DNA from: Coriobacteriia bacterium
GTDB lineage: Bacteria; Actinomycetota; Coriobacteriia; Anaerosomatales; JAGXFU01
Reading direction: 5' to 3'
DNA length: 43,720 nucleotides
Assembly (NCBI GenBank): GCA_041739935.1
Contig: JBGSMX010000274.1
Span: 1 to 43,720 of the forward strand
A program made the translations under genes and the position numbers. Below, piece by piece: positions 43,159-43,720 of this stretch. The notes under the pieces were generated by a model, which was not told the DNA's origin, searched no databases, and saw only the letters and a list, made by a program, of their open reading frames with translations. The stretch's first letter is position 1. Every line of letters begins with the position of its first letter.

Positions 43159-43720
43159 ATGAGCATTCAGCTGCGTGCCGACCTGCACACGCATACCGTC
43201 GCCTCGGGGCATGCGTACTCGACAGCACTGGAGTCCGCGCGCTGCGCCGCCGAGAAGGGCCTCGAGCTCATCGCGATCACCGACCACGGTCCCACCGTGC
43301 CGCAGGGCGCTCACCCGTGGTACTTCTGGAATCTCAAGGTGGTGCCGAGCGCGATCGACGGCGTGCGGATCCTCAAAGGATGCGAGGCCAATCTTTCGCT
43401 CGAATCCGACAACGGGATCGACCTGCCCGACGAGCTGCTCCGCTTGCTCGATTTCGTCGCAGTAGGCTTCCACCCGCTCACCGGTTTCGACGAGCGCGAT
43501 CGTGCCAAGAACACAGAGGCGCTCGTGCGTGTGATGTCCAATCCGCTCGTGGACCAGATCACGCATCCCGGCAACGATCACGAGTTTCCGCTCGATATGG
43601 AGGCAGTGGTCGGTGCGGCGGTCCGCTACCGGGTCATCCTCGAGCTCAACGACCACTCGTTCGCGGCGACGAGCGCCCGGTCCGACAGCGCGGCGTGCGA
43701 GCGCGAGTTCGCCCGCGCCG
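43159..43720 (+). CDS. PHP-family phosphoesterase, YcdX-like (5' partial, runs off the window)
   Basis: My own translation: MSIQLRADLHTHTVASGHAYSTALESARCAAEKGLELIAITDHGP...ILKGCEAN...VGFH...ITHPGN. It aligns well with my memory of E. coli YcdX. It is absent from the ORF track because no stop falls inside the window. Confidence 0.8.
   Translation, partial: MSIQLRADLHTHTVASGHAYSTALESARCAAEKGLELIAITDHGPTVPQGAHPWYFWNLKVVPSAIDGVRILKGCEANLSLESDNGIDLPDELLRLLDFVAVGFHPLTGFDERDRAKNTEALVRVMSNPLVDQITHPGNDHEFPLDMEAVVGAAVRYRVILELNDHSFAATSARSDSAACEREFARA

Overview
This is a 43.7-kb high-GC chromosomal segment; hand counts of a few 60-nt lines give about 57-63% GC. It comes from a Gram-positive-type bacterium, probably Actinomycetota (Coriobacteriia-like). 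That assignment is an inference from the gene content and the hpf-secA-prfB backbone. I call about 38 CDS. I saw no rRNA, tRNA, CRISPR array, transposase or integrase. Every gene from 103 to 34456 is on the + strand.

Gene content in order:
- fabZ.
- A tightly coupled cell-envelope glycopolymer block. It holds WbpA/B/D/E/I-like genes for UDP-2,3-diacetamido-mannuronic acid, a DUF354 gene, an LCP ligase and two secreted CWB2-repeat proteins. It also holds a Wzy-like membrane protein bracketed by two paralogous DUF4330-like single-pass proteins, and a GT4 transferase.
- punA-ahcY-mtnA, an AEC transporter and comFC.
- A polar amino-acid ABC importer: one canonical binding protein, one circularly permuted binding protein, a permease with an extra ~165-aa N-terminal domain, and the ATPase.
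- hpf.
- A ~10.5-kb accessory insert with slightly lower GC between hpf and secA. It holds an unknown ACT/LeuA-allosteric-like protein, a 24-codon signal-peptide-like micro-ORF, an intact membrane HD-GYP enzyme, a degenerate HD-GYP paralog and a DUF5317-like membrane protein. It also holds a 1103-aa STAND ATPase-TPR regulator with a C-terminal SARP module and a convergent 963-aa CWB2-anchored surface protein.
- secA.
- A minus-strand triad of DUF2089, a small membrane protein and a SHOCT-like protein.
- prfB, with no programmed frameshift and SPT in place of the SPF motif.
- The 5' part of a YcdX-like PHP phosphoesterase.

Best candidates for undescribed biology:
- The HD-GYP / degenerate HD-GYP / DUF5317 module together with the inverted-architecture STAND-SARP regulator.
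- The DUF4330-Wzy-DUF4330 sandwich.
- The permuted binding protein and the extended permease.
- The glycopolymer-LCP-CWB2 anchoring locus.
- The SPT variant of RF2.

All family assignments rest on motifs read by eye. No database search was run.
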